The notes: generated from the letters alone by a model not told the origin. Positions 22,663 through 35,997 are shown, counted from the first letter of the stretch. The stretch: DNA of 64,000 nt from Selaginella moellendorffii (GCF_000143415.4 NW_003314266.1:3666398-3730397), one strand, 5' to 3'. Program-made: numbers and translations.

Positions 22663-24084
22663 CTACTTGCTCGTCCTCCAGGCGCTCATCGCAAAGACGA
22701 TACTCTCCTTCCATCCGAGCAGCAGCCAGTGCCCATCCACGCCCAGCTTGAAGTTGTTGTTTAGCTTGCTGCTGCTGCACCACACGTCCTTCACCACCTC
22801 GATCGTTTCCAGTCGAACCGGCAGCAGCTCAAATCCAGCTCTTCTAGCCCTCGAGTCCCAGGTCCTGTAAGAATTTGCCCGCTCAATCCTTTCAACGCCC
22901 TCCAGAGCCACCACGTCCATGATCGCCTTTGCAATGATGCTCCCCATGAAATCATACTCCTCCGGCATGTCCTCTTGCAGGAGCAGCGTCTCGAACAGCT
23001 CCATCCTCGTGAAAAGCGTATCGAGCACCCCCTCGAAACGTTGGATGAAGAAAGGAGAGCTCAAGTTGGAGGTGGCATCCAACACGCACTGTATGAACAG
23101 GTCCGGCTTGAGGCTGTAGACCTTCTCGAAGAAGAGCTTCCGCGGATTGTTCCCGACGCTGCCATCTTCTCGCAAATGCCGGAGGCGGAGGTTGCAATTC
23201 ACGATGAGCAAGTCCTCGACGTGCGTCTTGGGCTGGACCAATTCCCAAGACGTGCTCGTGATCGCGTCGAAGTCGAGCGAGACTCCACAGCTCCTGGCAA
23301 ACTCGACGAGGTTTCTCCCCGTCTCCTTGACGTCCACGCGAGGAAGGTCGATCCCAGTGATCTTCATCGCCGGGGGGCCTTGCGGCCGCTGCGAGAGCGC
23401 CTTGATGACGTGAGGCCACTGGCAGCCATACTGGATCCCATAGTCGACGATGTGAATTCTCTTCGCGCCCTGGCAAACGTTGAAGATGTTGCAAGCGGCG
23501 AAACGCTGGGTGACCCTGAAGGATGGGAGATTGAGCAGCCGGACGTGGACAGAGTGCCTCTCTCGGATCCCTTTCACCATGGCACTGTGTACCTGTGGAC
23601 CAAACCCTGTGAAGCGCGCAATCAGGGCATCCGCGAAGAACAAGGCCGTGCGTTCTTCACTGCTGCCCCCTGGCGATGCCAGGCTCCTCACCTCGCTGAT
23701 GATCCTGTAGACATCGGCGCCGCGATTCCCAGCCACTGCTCGAGCCGCCTCCAGGAGCATCGATTTGAAGAGAATCGTCCTGGATTCTTGGAAAGCTTGA
23801 CCGTCGAGCGGCGGCGGCGGCGGCGGCACCGAAATGCTTCGACGCTTGGAATCCCCACAGCCCGCCGAGACCAGGGCGCCGAGCTCCGCGATGAGATTCT
23901 TATAGGGATCCTGGAGCTGGATCATCAGCGGCGGCTCCTCCTCGTCGTCCAGGAGCATCCGGGAAATGTAGGCGAGCGTGGGATCGTTGGGATCCTCGAC
24001 GTGCTGGCGCTGCGGCACTGGATCGAGACGAACCTGGTGGTGGAGGAGCACGGCGCGCAGCTTGGAGACGAGGTCGGCGCCCAT
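22663..24084 (-). CDS. LISCL-like GRAS transcription factor (type A), intact
   Basis: 473-aa ORF; YISRMLLDDEE (LISCL-type N-terminal motif), IHIVDYGIQYGCQWP, PFFIQRF, MSAW. Confidence 0.95.
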   Translation of the reverse strand: MGADLVSKLRAVLLHHQVRLDPVPQRQHVEDPNDPTLAYISRMLLDDEEEPPLMIQLQDPYKNLIAELGALVSAGCGDSKRRSISVPPPPPPLDGQAFQESRTILFKSMLLEAARAVAGNRGADVYRIISEVRSLASPGGSSEERTALFFADALIARFTGFGPQVHSAMVKGIRERHSVHVRLLNLPSFRVTQRFAACNIFNVCQGAKRIHIVDYGIQYGCQWPHVIKALSQRPQGPPAMKITGIDLPRVDVKETGRNLVEFARSCGVSLDFDAITSTSWELVQPKTHVEDLLIVNCNLRLRHLREDGSVGNNPRKLFFEKVYSLKPDLFIQCVLDATSNLSSPFFIQRFEGVLDTLFTRMELFETLLLQEDMPEEYDFMGSIIAKAIMDVVALEGVERIERANSYRTWDSRARRAGFELLPVRLETIEVVKDVWCSSSKLNNNFKLGVDGHWLLLGWKESIVFAMSAWRTSK

Positions 24085-25567
24085 CGCGAAGCTCGCGAAA
24101 GCTTCTCGCGAGGAAAGAAGACGTGATTCGCTTGATATGCCCTGCCTGATGATATGTGTTGCATTTTTATAAGTTTTTTATTAAGGGTCAGTACGCTAAC
24201 ATTTCTCTTTCGTTATTGTTTTATCCAGAAATATCTTTAGATTAACAAACCTATTATGAAATAAACCTAGACAATAGCAGCAGCATTTTCGTTGAGAAGC
24301 TCTTGCTAGCGAGCATTTTCATCTCGTATGGAGGACCAACCCTTGGTTCTCCTCACCACCATCAGGCAGAACCAGCGACCGCCTTACCTTGAGGTACCAC
24401 ACCCTGATCGATGCCATCGATGCGAGTCACCAGCTGATCATACGTAAATGGAACACGAATCTTTGCCTGGGTGCATTCAATCGCTATCTGCGCCTGTAGA
24501 TGCGATCAGTAGCACTAACAATCAGATGAATCACTGCAGATGCATATACCACTTTGTGCGCGGGAATGGTGACTTGATACTCCGATTGCCTTTTAGACGT
24601 CAATGCCTTGTGGTGGTGACGCTCTCCGTCATGGTGGCCACCACAGCCATGCGCGGCCACCACCGCTGCGAGAAGATAGCGCACTCCAAAGATGGACTGG
24701 TGAATCCCGGTGAATCGCAGCCTCTTTGACTATGAAATGGGCATCAGGTCATCTCTGTAGTTGTAGCTTTGAGTACATTCTCCCTTCTGGTGTAGTAGCG
24801 ATTTGTAGAAATCGTGCAGGCCTGATGCTGCTGCTCAGTTTGATCGGGGCAAATCATGATCTTGAGTTTTGTTCATGCGCAGCGAAGGTGCCATTGCTAG
24901 CCCAGTGCTGAAGATGGATTCTCCATGGCCAATAGTCCTCCACTTTGCCAACTTATACTGGGATTTTGTATGGAGAGACGATGGTTCACAACTTGAAGGG
25001 TTTAGGGTTGAAGCGGTAGTTTTGACAATGAACATCTCTAGCGTTTGGAACGTGTTGCTCGTCCTTGCTTTCAAGAGAGTGGATAGAAAGTTTAGCATTC
25101 GCGCTTAGCAATAAGATCGATTTACAACAGCAAGTACGGAGGAAATTGTAAATAAAATTGAAGTGTCAAACCTCATTTTCTTGATTTTCTTTTCAAATTT
25201 TTTTTTCCAGAGAAAAAGGTTGTTCTAGTTTCCACAGACAATACGGCTGTGACCAGTAAAACAAAAGCCACTAGGCCTAGTTATATAGAGACGAACCAGC
25301 ATGATATTTCAAAGTGTTAATCAGGAGATGATGTTAATATTTGTCAACTTTTAGTCTCAAGGTCTTTAATGATACTTCCAGAAGCATGGTTTGATCGTGA
25401 AGGAAGCTTCTTGCTTTTGCGAGCGACGCAACCGTCAGATTTTGGAATCGTTGATTCTAATCGTACGACTGTGGCTCGGCGGAGCTGCCTTTTAAGCCGG
25501 CATTTTCGGACATGGCGATCGCAGTGGTGGAGAGCGAGCTAGGGTTTTGGAGCGCGACACCGACCAA

Positions 25568-28500
25568 ATGGCGTGGGGGAGCACTCTCTGGAGGCGCGTC
25601 AAGGTGTTCCGGGTAGCATTGCAGGTCTTCTTGGATTACAGGGTGCGTATCTCTTGCTTTTCGAGAGCTTGCGAGTGATCCACCGGTCGAAAATTTCCAG
25701 GCCGCGCGCAAGAAGGCCGCTGGATTGCCCAAGGAGGATCAGAACCTGCTGTGGGATCGCATCCACCACAGGAATGCCGAGCGCATTTTGGCGGCAATCA
25801 CCGAATTGGAGGGATTGTGGGTGAAATTTGGGCAGTATCTATCGACTCGAGCGGATGTTCTTCCGGAAGCTTACATCTCCATGTTTCGCCAGCTCCAAGA
25901 CTCACTACCTCCTCGTCCCATTGCCGAGGCAACTTGCTTTCCTCGTTTTCTTTTTTTTTTTTTCTCTCTCTTTATTGATCCTTCTCTTTCGTCAGGTAAC
26001 CGCTACTATAGAGAAGCAACTGGGAAAACCGTTGGACGAGCTGTTCTCAGAGTTCGACCGGAAGCCTTTAGCTACTGCCTCAGTCAGTTTCTTTCGCCTT
26101 CGATTCTTTTTTCTTGTCTTAGAACTCAAGCAACGTATTGCTTTTTCAACACAGATAGCGCAAGTTCATCGGGCGCGCATGAAGGACGGCCGTGATGTTG
26201 TAGTGAAAGTGCAACATCAAGGCATTAAGGAGTGCGTATTACAGGTTCTACATTTTAACACCTTTTAGAGGTATTTGTAGCGTAGAGACTTAATTCTCAT
26301 GCCAGCCATTGATCGGGAGTCGCTTGTCCAGGACTTGTACAATGCACGAGTGATTGTTGAGTGGGTCGCATGGGCGGAGCCTGATTACGATTTCGGCCCT
26401 GTTCTAGACGAATGGTGCAGAGAAGTTCCCCAAGAGTTGAATTTCAACCAGGAAGCGGGTATGGACATTTCCATGCATGCTTTGTTTTTTATTTCCTTCA
26501 ACTACTTCTACTTTTCTTCTTCTCCAGAAAACACCAAGAAAGTAGCACACAACCTCAAATCATGGACCAAAGACGGTACCATCAGTATCGATCCTGTTGA
26601 TGTGCTTCTACCTGAAGTCGTTCAGGTTCATGTTAAGCTTCTTGAAAACCAAGCTGCTGTAACTCGAGTTTTGTTGTTGTTAACAGTCAGCCGAGAAAGT
26701 CCTGATTCTCACGTACATGGATGGAGTTCGCATAAATGATGTGGCTGGCCTTGATAGACTAGGCGTGGACAAGCAAGCTGCTGTCGAAACTATCACCCGG
26801 GCATACGCTCACCAGATATATATCGACGGATTTTTTAATGCCGATCCTCATCCTGGTGAGTGAACTGAAACTGATTCCTAAAATGCTAACATCTTTTCGT
26901 GAACAGGGAATTTTCTAATAAGTACTCAACCACCTTTCCGACCAATTTTACTTGACTTCGGGCTCACAAAGTCCATCTCATTGCCTTTTAGGCAGTCACT
27001 GGCGAAGATGCTTCTTGCTGCTGCGGAGGTACGTCGAAAACAAAACAATGCGTGCTAACACTGCTTTGTGTAGGGAGATTATTCTGCTTTGTTGTCCGCA
27101 TTTTCTGAGATGGGGCTTGTTCTGAAGCTGGACATGCCAGAAGAGGCGATGGAAATCACCAACTTTTTTTTCCGTCGTTCTTTGCCGGCTGAGGAATCTG
27201 TGGTAAGGTTGTTTTACGTATTTGGACTTTGGGAACATTGAAACTTGACAGGCCGAAATGAAAGAGCTCGTCAAAGATAACGATAAGCGCATCCAACGTT
27301 TAAAATCCAGGATGGATAGTAAAGAGACTCTTCGTACTCCAGTAAGTGGTCATGTTTCGAATATTTAAAGACCAATTTCCGTGACGCTTTCAGGTTTCTG
27401 CTTTCCCAACTGACTCTGTGTTTTTCATGCGAGTCCTAGGCCTACTAAGAGGTAAAGCTCTTGTGACTTTCAGAAAGAGTGGAGATTCATTAGGATGTTG
27501 CAGGACTCTCTTCGGTACTCGGTGCGAGAGTGGTTTATCTTGAGATCATGAAGCCATACGCAGAAGCAGTACTATATAGGTTTGTACTGTTTCTATTTGC
27601 TGTAGTTTGACACGAAATTAATTGCAGTGGTGGTCGCTCTAATGGTGGGAACGAACTACCAATTTTTGATAGTCCATTGCATTCTCAGGCTGAGGTCAAG
27701 CTCCATCAACTTTTACGTGAGATGCACAAGCAACAACGGATACTTGGTGTTCAAGTAAGTTTTTTCTATACCAGTTTTGTTTAGAACAATGTTTTCCAGG
27801 TTTGTGCGTACAAGGATGGGAAAGTTATCGTCGATACAGCGGCTGGTTACCTTGGAAAGTATGATCCTCGCCCGGTGCGTTGTGACAGTTTGTTTCCGGT
27901 GTTCTCCGCAACAAAAGGAGTTACGGCGGCCTTGTTACACTGGCTTGCAGATCACGGGTGAGATTTTTGCGGTTATGCCACTAAGGCTGACATACTTTGT
28001 TTCCTAGAAAACTATCGCTGGCGGAAAAGATTTCCAGCATCTGGCCCGAGTTTGCGGAGAATCACAAGGACGCTTGCACAGTAATATTAAATCTTAGATT
28101 TTCCTTGTGAGTCTCATTTTCTGTATGACAGGTTGCACATGCCTTGAACCATACCTGTGGCCTACAAAATGCGCTGTATGATGTGCTAAGGAAGAATCCT
28201 CTGGCTATGTGCGATTGGAGTGAGATGCTAAAGCTCATTGCAGCCGCCAAACCAGAATCACCCCCTGGCCAAGATCAAAAGTACCATGCTCTTTCTTTTG
28301 GATGGATATGCGGTGGGATAGCTGAGGTACGACGTTTCTTTGACAGGCCTCGTGCAGTTTTACCTTTCTTTTTCTTTACTTACAGAAAGCCACCGGGAAA
28401 ACATTCCAACAACTTATCGAAGAAGCGTTTGTTACACCGCTGAAGGTTAATGGCGAGTTTTACGTCGGCATTCCTCCTGGTATAATCCAGACATTCTCTA

Positions 28501-29369
28501 GTCTATGACATGCGTTATAAAACAAACGTTTCTTACTGGCAGGCGTGGAGGAGCGCCTCGCATCGCTCACTTTGGATCCCGAGGAGCTCAAGAACATACC
28601 CGCGGCATCCGCTGCTGCTCTAAGAACGCATCTCTCGACGCTGGAAGTAGGGACGACTAGTGATGGCGTCGGACCGGCGTCACTCGAAGACTTCCTGACA
28701 AACGGATCGCCTCTGTCCGTGAGCTCGCTGCCAAGCCTTTTCAACATGCTCTTCATCAGGCGGGCAACCATCCCAGCTGCAAACGGCCACTTCTCGGCCC
28801 GGGCACTGGCGCGCTTCTACGCGACGCTTGCAAGTGGTGGACGCGTCCCCCCCGGCACGTCCTCGTCCAAGCCACCTCTCGGCAGCCACGCTCATCGACC
28901 GCACCTGGGAGGATCCTCGAGCACAGCCAAGAGGAAAAAGGGATCCCGGATAACAGGAAAAAATTGCTGCAAGACGAGGAGCTTGTCATCGGACTTGAGT
29001 GGGGGCCAGATCCACTTCCAGGAAGAGGAAGACGCACCGGCAAAGATCTTCACCAGCGGTGACATCCACGACGCGTTTGTAGGGGGCGGGAAGTACAGCG
29101 GCCTGGTTGCTAGAGACAGCGAGAAGTTTGGGCTTGGGTTCTGGAAGCTCAAGACTGGTGATACTAGCGCAGGCGCAGGGAAGAAGATGGCATTTGGACA
29201 CTCTGGGATTGGGGGCTCGTTTGGCTACTGCGACCCCGACAACGATTTCGCGGTGGCGATCACGGTGAACAAGATGACGCTCGGGCAAGTGTCGGGTGAT
29301 ATCGTACGACTCGTCTGCTCGGAGATCGGGATCCCATGTCCACTGGCGATGGAGAGGCCTTCCCAGTGA
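25568..29369 (+). CDS. ABC1/UbiB atypical kinase with C-terminal beta-lactamase-like domain, copy 1 (many exons)
   Basis: MAWGSTLWRRVKVF; GLWVKFGQYLSTRADVLP; ATAS/IAQVHRA; VVVKVQH; FNADPHPG; LLDFG; then FSATK (SxxK), IPAANGHFSARALARFYA and FGHSGIGGS. Confidence 0.92.
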
Positions 29370-29904
29370 TAGATGGTCCAGGTATCAAATGGGTCAAATA
29401 GTAGAAACCTTAAACGTTGCATGGGAAGTACTTATAAAACGAAAACAAGTCTTGGCCTTACGGTGGTCAATGCTGATCTATCATGAAAACAACTTCCTCG
29501 AATGCTTGTCCTCTATAGCCATTCACCACGCCTCTTCAGCCCTTGACTAGAAAACCACCATCGCTCCAATTAATTTGTGGTCAAGAATATTTTTTAAAAA
29601 TATTTTAACCGGTTATTTGGATTTTGCATGAAAAACAATGTTTGTACTTAACAATTGGTGGTGTAAAAATAATGTGCAATCAGATCATGTTTTTATTTCA
29701 TATATTTCACATTTTTTTCCAGGCCGCGTAGAACCTCCTTCCAAAACCTGCCATCGTTGCTATACCTACAAAATCAAGTGTCATGCTTCATGTGGGAATG
29801 CAGATCAGCTACTCTCCTAAAAGCCATTTCATCTAGTGAAGCTTGCCTATTCTGTTGCTTTAATAACCTAAAAGAATAGTCTTGACCGCACATCTAAGGG
29901 TTTC

Positions 29905-30615
29905 ATGGCGGCTTGGCAAGAGCGATGGGGCAGAAGCAGCGTACCGTTTCCATGGGAGGACGTGAATCTAGAGGAGCTACGGAACGCTCTCCCTTGTGTT
30001 CTTGCAAAGGTCGAGCTAAGCAACCAGTGGCTGCTTGAAAACTCTGCCATCATTGGTTACTCAGGCTGGCTCATGCAAGAGCTACGGTCGAGGGAAGGAT
30101 GACGGTTGCGCTGGATCTGGACAACACACTCATCTCCTCCACGTCAATTCTGCTGCACCGGCGGAGCCAGTGTGATTTGGAGGTGAGAGATAATGGCAGT
30201 CGCAAGTGCATCAAGAAGCGACCGCATCTCGACGAGTTCCTGGACGCCCTGGCGCTGTTTGCCGAGGCTGTGCTCTTCAGCCCGGCCCCCTACGCAGCTC
30301 GATCCTCGCGGGACTTGCTTCCGGTACGTTCTTGGCCTCAGTGATTGCACGCTTGGCACGACACCCGCCTCGGCAAGGAGGCGGTGTTCAAGGATCTGGC
30401 CATCCTCGGCAGGGACTTGCGAAAGGTTGTGCTGGTGGACAACGACCCTGGCTTCTTTTGCCAACCTGGGAGTGGCAACGAGATTGTGATTGGGAAGTTC
30501 ACTGGGTAGAGGAGCGACGACGAGCTTCTCAAGCTACTTCCTGAGTTGCAGTCTCTGGCACAGCTCGACGACGTGAGGCCTGCTGTGCGCACTTATCAGC
30601 AGCCTCCAGCACAAG
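29905..30615 (+). pseudogene. SCP/FCP1-like CTD phosphatase pseudogene, copy 1
   Basis: VALDLDNTLI (DxDxT), KRPHLDEFL, KDLAILGRDL..VVLVDN; frameshifts and a stop. Confidence 0.85.
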
Positions 30616-30895
30616 GTAATAATAGTTCACTTGTTCTCGATCTAAAAGCTTCAATGGTGTTGGTTTTCTACGTAGTTGTGAGAGGTCAAGGGCTGAAGAG
30701 GACGTGGCGAATGGCTATAGAGGACAAGTATTTGAGGAAGTTGTTTTCATGTTAAGGTTTGGTGAAGTTGACGATTAGAGTTAATTGACCATAACTAAGA
30801 CTTGTATTCGTTTATAAGTTGACTCAATGCGACGTGGGGTTTTTTATTTGATCCATTTGATGCAGAAGGAAACAAACCCGGAAGCGGGTATATCC

Positions 30896-31060
30896 AAAAG
30901 GTGGCAGCAAGAGACATCATGACCATCGTCGCGTGTGAAGGGCTGGATCGAGTGGACGCGTATCGCATCTGGGATGCTCGGGTGAAGCGAGCAGGCTTCG
31001 AAGGGGTGGCACTGACGGAGGAGATTTACGAGAAAGTGAGTGGCTCCAGCACGAGCAGGC
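30896..31060 (+). pseudogene. GRAS type C 3' fragment (inverted relative to 52021-53439)
   Basis: AARDIMTIVACEGLDRV..YRIWDARVKRAGFEGVA matches the C-terminus of 52021-53439. Confidence 0.85.
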
Positions 31061-31109
31061 ACAAAGAAGTTAAAGAAAGAATGTAGCTGGTTATAGGCAC
31101 AGGGTGGAT

Positions 31110-32320
31110 GACTGGTGTTTGAAGCGCGCTAGCTTCTCAATCGGCTTCCAGACGCTCAAAGCATTCAAAACTACGTCTTTCTCGTCCATTCAGCAAGCCA
31201 AATTCTCGCAAACGGACATAACCATCTCGAGCGCTTCCGAGCCAGGCGGTCCCAGGTTTTGCACGAGGAGATGCGCTCCACATATGGCAGACACCTCGAT
31301 GAACTTATCCATGAAGTCAAGCTGCGACTGGTCGATCAACCCGAGCTTCATCGTCTCCTCGAACGACTCCAGCCTCGCCAGGAAGCTCCTCCAGGCCCTG
31401 TCGAAGCGGTGGATGAAAAATGGAGAGCTTATGTCAGCGTGCACCACGGACTGGAACAACATAACAGGCTTGAAGCTGAGGATCTTCTCGAAGAAGAGCT
31501 TCCGGGGCTGTCGATGATCCCGTTCTCGCAGACGTGCCGCATCCAAAGGATGATATCTCGGCTGCGCTGACTCCCATGCCACGGTGGCGATGGAGTGCAA
31601 CTCGAGGTGCATCCCACACGTAGTCGACCAGCCGGTTTTCTCGAGGTTGACACGGGACGGGAAGTTAATGCCGGTGATCTTGAATAGTGGCAGCCCCTCG
31701 GCTCTCTCGGACAGCGCCTTGATGAGCGACGGCCACTGATCGCCATAGAGGACCCCATAGTCAATTATGTGGACGCGCTTGGCAGGATCATCTGGTTGGA
31801 AGCGCTCCATGGCCCGGAGGCTGGGAAGATTCATCCGGATGGAGATACTCTGCATCCTCGTCACGTCCTGGTGCATCGCAGCGTACATCCGCCGAGCTCC
31901 ACACCCGGACAGCCTTCTCCACTGGACGCAACTGAGGTGAGGCTAAAGTTCTGATCTCTCTCACGAGCTCATGGACTTGGGTAGAATTGTTGGCAGCCAC
32001 GGCGGGCGCAGTCCATGAGCCTTAAGCTGTGGAAAGAGACGGTGCGGAGGAAGAGAGGCGGCGTCCACGGACGAGGTACTGCTAGCACAAGAATTTGGGA
32101 AGAGACAAGGAGACAATTTCCGTGAGCTCGCAGAGCAGTACCTGGTAAGAGGTTTGCTGTTGTTGTGGCAACTTGAGGAGGAGCTCCAAGCCATCCTTTT
32201 CTTCAAGTATTCTGGTGAGATAGTCGAGCCGCGAGCAATCAAAGAGGGACTGCTGCTCCTGGGAAGAGATTTGAGCCTGGACCGAGCGGCTCGCAGTTGT
32301 AAGCATGGATTGCTGTCCAT
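31110..32320 (-). pseudogene. GRAS type B pseudogene, inverted copy with many deletions
   Basis: MDSNPCLQLRAA...RVHIIDYGVLYGDQWP...; collinear with 34098-35529 but frameshifted. Confidence 0.9.
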
Positions 32321-32577
32321 TTGTACAGGAGTGGCCTTAGGTCGGTAATTTACACTTAATTTTAATGCAACTTTGAATATAGAATAAATGGTGATCTTTC
32401 ACTAATGTAAATTAAAATCTTTTAATCAAGATTAGTCTTCGCATCACAGATGACAAGTGTTTTCTTACTATGAGGATTTGTTTATTTCATGAAGATGGCT
32501 ATAACAATCAATTTGTGATTGTCAATATGAGGCGTGGAATGGGTGGCACCCGGGGTCATGGAAAGCCCTAGAATTAG

Positions 32578-33615
32578 TCACTGATGCTTTGATCTCCCGG
32601 AGCAAAAACTCTGTGGTCTCGCGATGTCATCAAACTCATCGTCATAACGACCATCATCTTTAGCTAGAAGTAGCAGCAGTGGCAAATAGAGCGTAGGCTT
32701 GATCTTCTTCACGCACTCAAGGACGCTGAACCAGGCTTTGTCGCTTATCTGTGACGAAGAGGCACACAAGATGAGCATCTCGCTCATCCTCTCTCTCACC
32801 AAGCAGCCATTTGCGAATATCTCATAAAAAATCCGAGGTATTCGATTGAAGTCCCTGGCCTGTGGAGCCTTGATGAGCATCATGTAGAAGGCCCGCCTTT
32901 GGAAACACGGCCAAGTTCTTGAGCTTGTCACACATGGCCGCGACCTCCACCACCATACCTTTGGTTCATCAAGATCCCGTAAGTCATATGATCTGGCTAA
33001 TGCTTCTCCTCTTCCATCTCTTGATCAAGCTCTCTGCCCTCTGGATGTTGTCACTCTCTACACACACCTTGGGCAACGTGTTGTAGATGAGCTTCCATTT
33101 CTTCCGCTTGATGGTGTTGTAGGGCCTGGTGTACATGTCGATGAGGATGCTAAGAGTTATCTCCGACGGCTCCAAGCCATAGCTTGCCAGCTTGTCAACA
33201 TCCCTTGGGCGAGCGTGACTTTCCTTGCTCATCCTAGAGTTCCAATCAAAATGTTAAAGAGAACTTGATCTTGCACTTGCTCCATGTCTGGAAGAGCCGC
33301 AAGATCACTTGTTAGTCCCCAACTCTCGAGTAGATGTTTGTGATCACACCAAGTTCAAGATGAGGGAATTGCCCACCTGGATCTGGACTCGATGGTCACA
33401 CCAAGTCGGGCTTCCAGTTCTTCCGCATTATCTGGTAGAGGTCCATGGTCTCTGCCGTTCTCCCAGCCTTCCCGTAGAGGTCGATCATGACACTGTATGT
33501 AACTCTGTCAAAAGAAACCCCGGTTTCACAAAGCCGGTGGAACCAGGCCATGGCATTCTTAGCTCAACCGCAACACTTGGAACAGCTAACGAAGATGCTG
33601 AAAGTGTAGTTGTCC
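32578..33615 (-). pseudogene. P-class PPR pseudogene, copy 1
   Basis: YGLEPSEITLSILIDMY, LIYNTL and FYMMLIKA repeats, broken. Confidence 0.75.
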
Positions 33616-34097
33616 ACTCCCTTATATTAAACCCTTGTTTTTAGTAAAGAACTTTACCACTGTGCTGTAATATATATCCCCATACCAAGTATACATCCCC
33701 TCTTGCGGACTTTCCACACTTTGTCTTTTATCTCTGTAGCAAAATAACCTAGTCCACCAAATCTCCTCCTTTTCAATTCTCAATTATATTGTTTAAAGAC
33801 TTTTTAATCTCAATTAAAAAAATTATTTTGGAAAATGTCAAACATATAGCTCTCTCCAAAACTACCACTATAGAACAAGGTTGTCGGGAATGGCTGTTCG
33901 GTGCAATTAGTAGGGACAACAATCTATATGAATAGTGGTGTCTTAATTTGGACGATGACAGCTTATCTAATCCTATGACAGCGTACAACTGATGAATACC
34001 TCCTATGCTTAGCCACTCGGAGGGAAATATAAACATCTATTCTACTACATTCAACATAAAGATAACAGTGTAAATTCTTGACCTGTGGCTATTACAA

Positions 34098-35529
34098 ATG
34101 GACAGCGATCTATGCTTGCAATTGCGAGCCGCTTTGCTGCGCCATCAAATCCCTCTCGAGCCAGTCCAGGCTCAAATCTCTTCCCAGCAGCATCACTCCC
34201 TCTTTGATCGCTCGCGGCTCGACTATCTCACCAGAATTCTGGAAGAAAACGATGAGGAGCTCCTCCTCCAGCTGCCACAACAACAGCAAACCTCTTACCA
34301 GGTACTGCTCCGCGAGCTCACGGAATGTCTCTCCCCCAATTCTTGTGCTAGAAGTTCCTTGTCAATGGACACCGCCTCTCCTCCTCATTCTCTCTCGCGC
34401 ACCTCCACCGTCTCCTTCCACAGCTTGCTCATGGACTGCGCCCGAGCCGTGGCTGCCAACAATTCCACCGAAGTCAATGAGCTCGTGAGAGAGATCATAA
34501 CTTTAGCCTCACATCAGTCGCGTCCGGTGGAGAAGGCCGCGCTCTACTTCACCAACGCGTTCGTCGCGAGGCTGGCCGGGTGTGGAGCTCGGATGTACGC
34601 CGCGATGCGCCAGGACGTGACGAGGATGCAGAGTATCTCCATCCGGATGAATCTTCCCAGCCTCCGGGCCACGGAGCGCTTCGCCAACCAGATGATCCTC
34701 GATGCCTGCCGTGGTGCCAAGCGTGTCCATATCGTCGACTATGGGATCCTCTACGGCGACCAGTGGCCGTCTCTCATCAAGGCGCTGTCCGAGAGAGCCG
34801 AGGGGCCGCCACTGTTCAAGATCACAGGCATTGACTTCCCGTCCCTTGTCAACCTCGAGAAAACTGGAAACCGGCTGGTCGACTACGCAGAGTCGTGTGG
34901 GATGCACCTCGAGTTCCACTCCATCGCCACCGCGGCGTGGGAGTCAGCGCAGCCGAGATACCATCTCTTCAGCGAGCTTCTCTTCGTCAACTGCCAGCTG
35001 AGGATGCGGCACATCCGCGAGGACGGGATCATCGACAGCCCCCGGAAGCTCTTCTTCGAGAAGATCCTCAGCTTCAAGCCTGTTATGTTTTCCAGTCCGT
35101 GGTGCACGCTGAGATGGGCTCTCCGTTTTCATCCACCGCTTCGACGGGGCCTGGAGGAGCTTTCTGGCGAGGATGGAGTCGTTCGAGGAGACGATGAAGC
35201 TTGGGTTGATCGACCAGTCGCAGCTCGACTTCATGGATAAGTTCATCGAGAAGTGCGCCATGGGTGTCATTGCCTGTGACGGGCAGAACCGTGTGGAGCG
35301 TATCTCCTCGTACAAAACCTGGGATCGCCTGGCTCGGAAAGGCCAGTTCGGACAGCTTCCAGTCAGCAAACAAGCGCTCGAGATGGTCATGTCCGTTTGG
35401 AGCGGACACGAGAACTTCACGTACGGAATGGACGAGAACTGGCTGCTGCTTGGCTGGAAAGACGCAGTCTTGAATGCTTTGAGCGTCTGGGAGCCCATTG
35501 AGAAGCTACCGCGCTTCAAACACCAGTGA
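34098..35529 (+). pseudogene. GRAS type B copy 1 with a 1-nt frameshift
   Basis: atgTTTTcc (4 T) at 35088-35091 versus 5 T in copies 2 and 3; otherwise near-identical to them. Confidence 0.85.
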
Positions 35530-35806
35530 TCCACCCTGTACCTATATTCTTTCTCTAACTTCTTTGTTCCTGATCGTCCTAAACCTTGGCCACAAATAAC
35601 TGGCAGTTATTTAAGTGCAAACATTGTTTTTGGTGGTGTAAAAATAATGTGATGTTTTTTATTTCATATAATCCCTCCAAAAGCTATACCTACAAAATCA
35701 AATGTCATGCATGTGGGAATCCAGATCCTAAAAGCCTTTTTAATCTAAGTGAAGCTTGCCTGCTTTAAAAACCTAAAAGAATAGTCTTGGCACATCTAAG
35801 GGTTTC

Positions 35807-35997
35807 ATGGCGGCTTGCGATCAGCGTACCGTTTCCATGGGAGGACCTGAATTAGAGGAGCTACGGAACGCTCTCCCTTGTGTTCTTGCAAAGCTCGAGC
35901 TGAGCAACCACGAGCAGCGCCAGTGGCTGCTTGAAAACTCCATTGATTACTCAGGCTGGCTCAGGGAACTGCTAGAATGCAAGACGTGCGGAATGGC
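35807..35997 (+). pseudogene. 5' fragment of the CTD phosphatase pseudogene
   Basis: EELRNALPCVLAKLELSNHEQRQWLLENS, cut at the unit 1/unit 2 junction. Confidence 0.8.

Larger units (their letters stand above)
24548..35997. repeat. Tandem segmental duplication, unit 1 (~11.4 kb)
   Basis: Starts at acc-actttgtgcgcgggaatggtgacttg, which recurs at 35998; same gene order as unit 2. Confidence 0.9.

Noticed and set aside
22975-24126. Long antisense and alternate-frame ORFs over the GRAS, SDR (56807-57790) and PPR (57966-58964) genes
   Set aside because: Shadow ORFs produced by GC-rich codon usage; no motifs of their own.
24300-25110. Possible gene upstream of ABC1K (repeated at 35998-36560)
   Set aside because: Only faint PPR-like words in broken frames, and the indels between copies do not preserve frame.
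28545-29369. Stand-alone beta-lactamase or bacterial contamination
   Set aside because: It is the last exon of an intron-rich plant ABC1K fusion gene.
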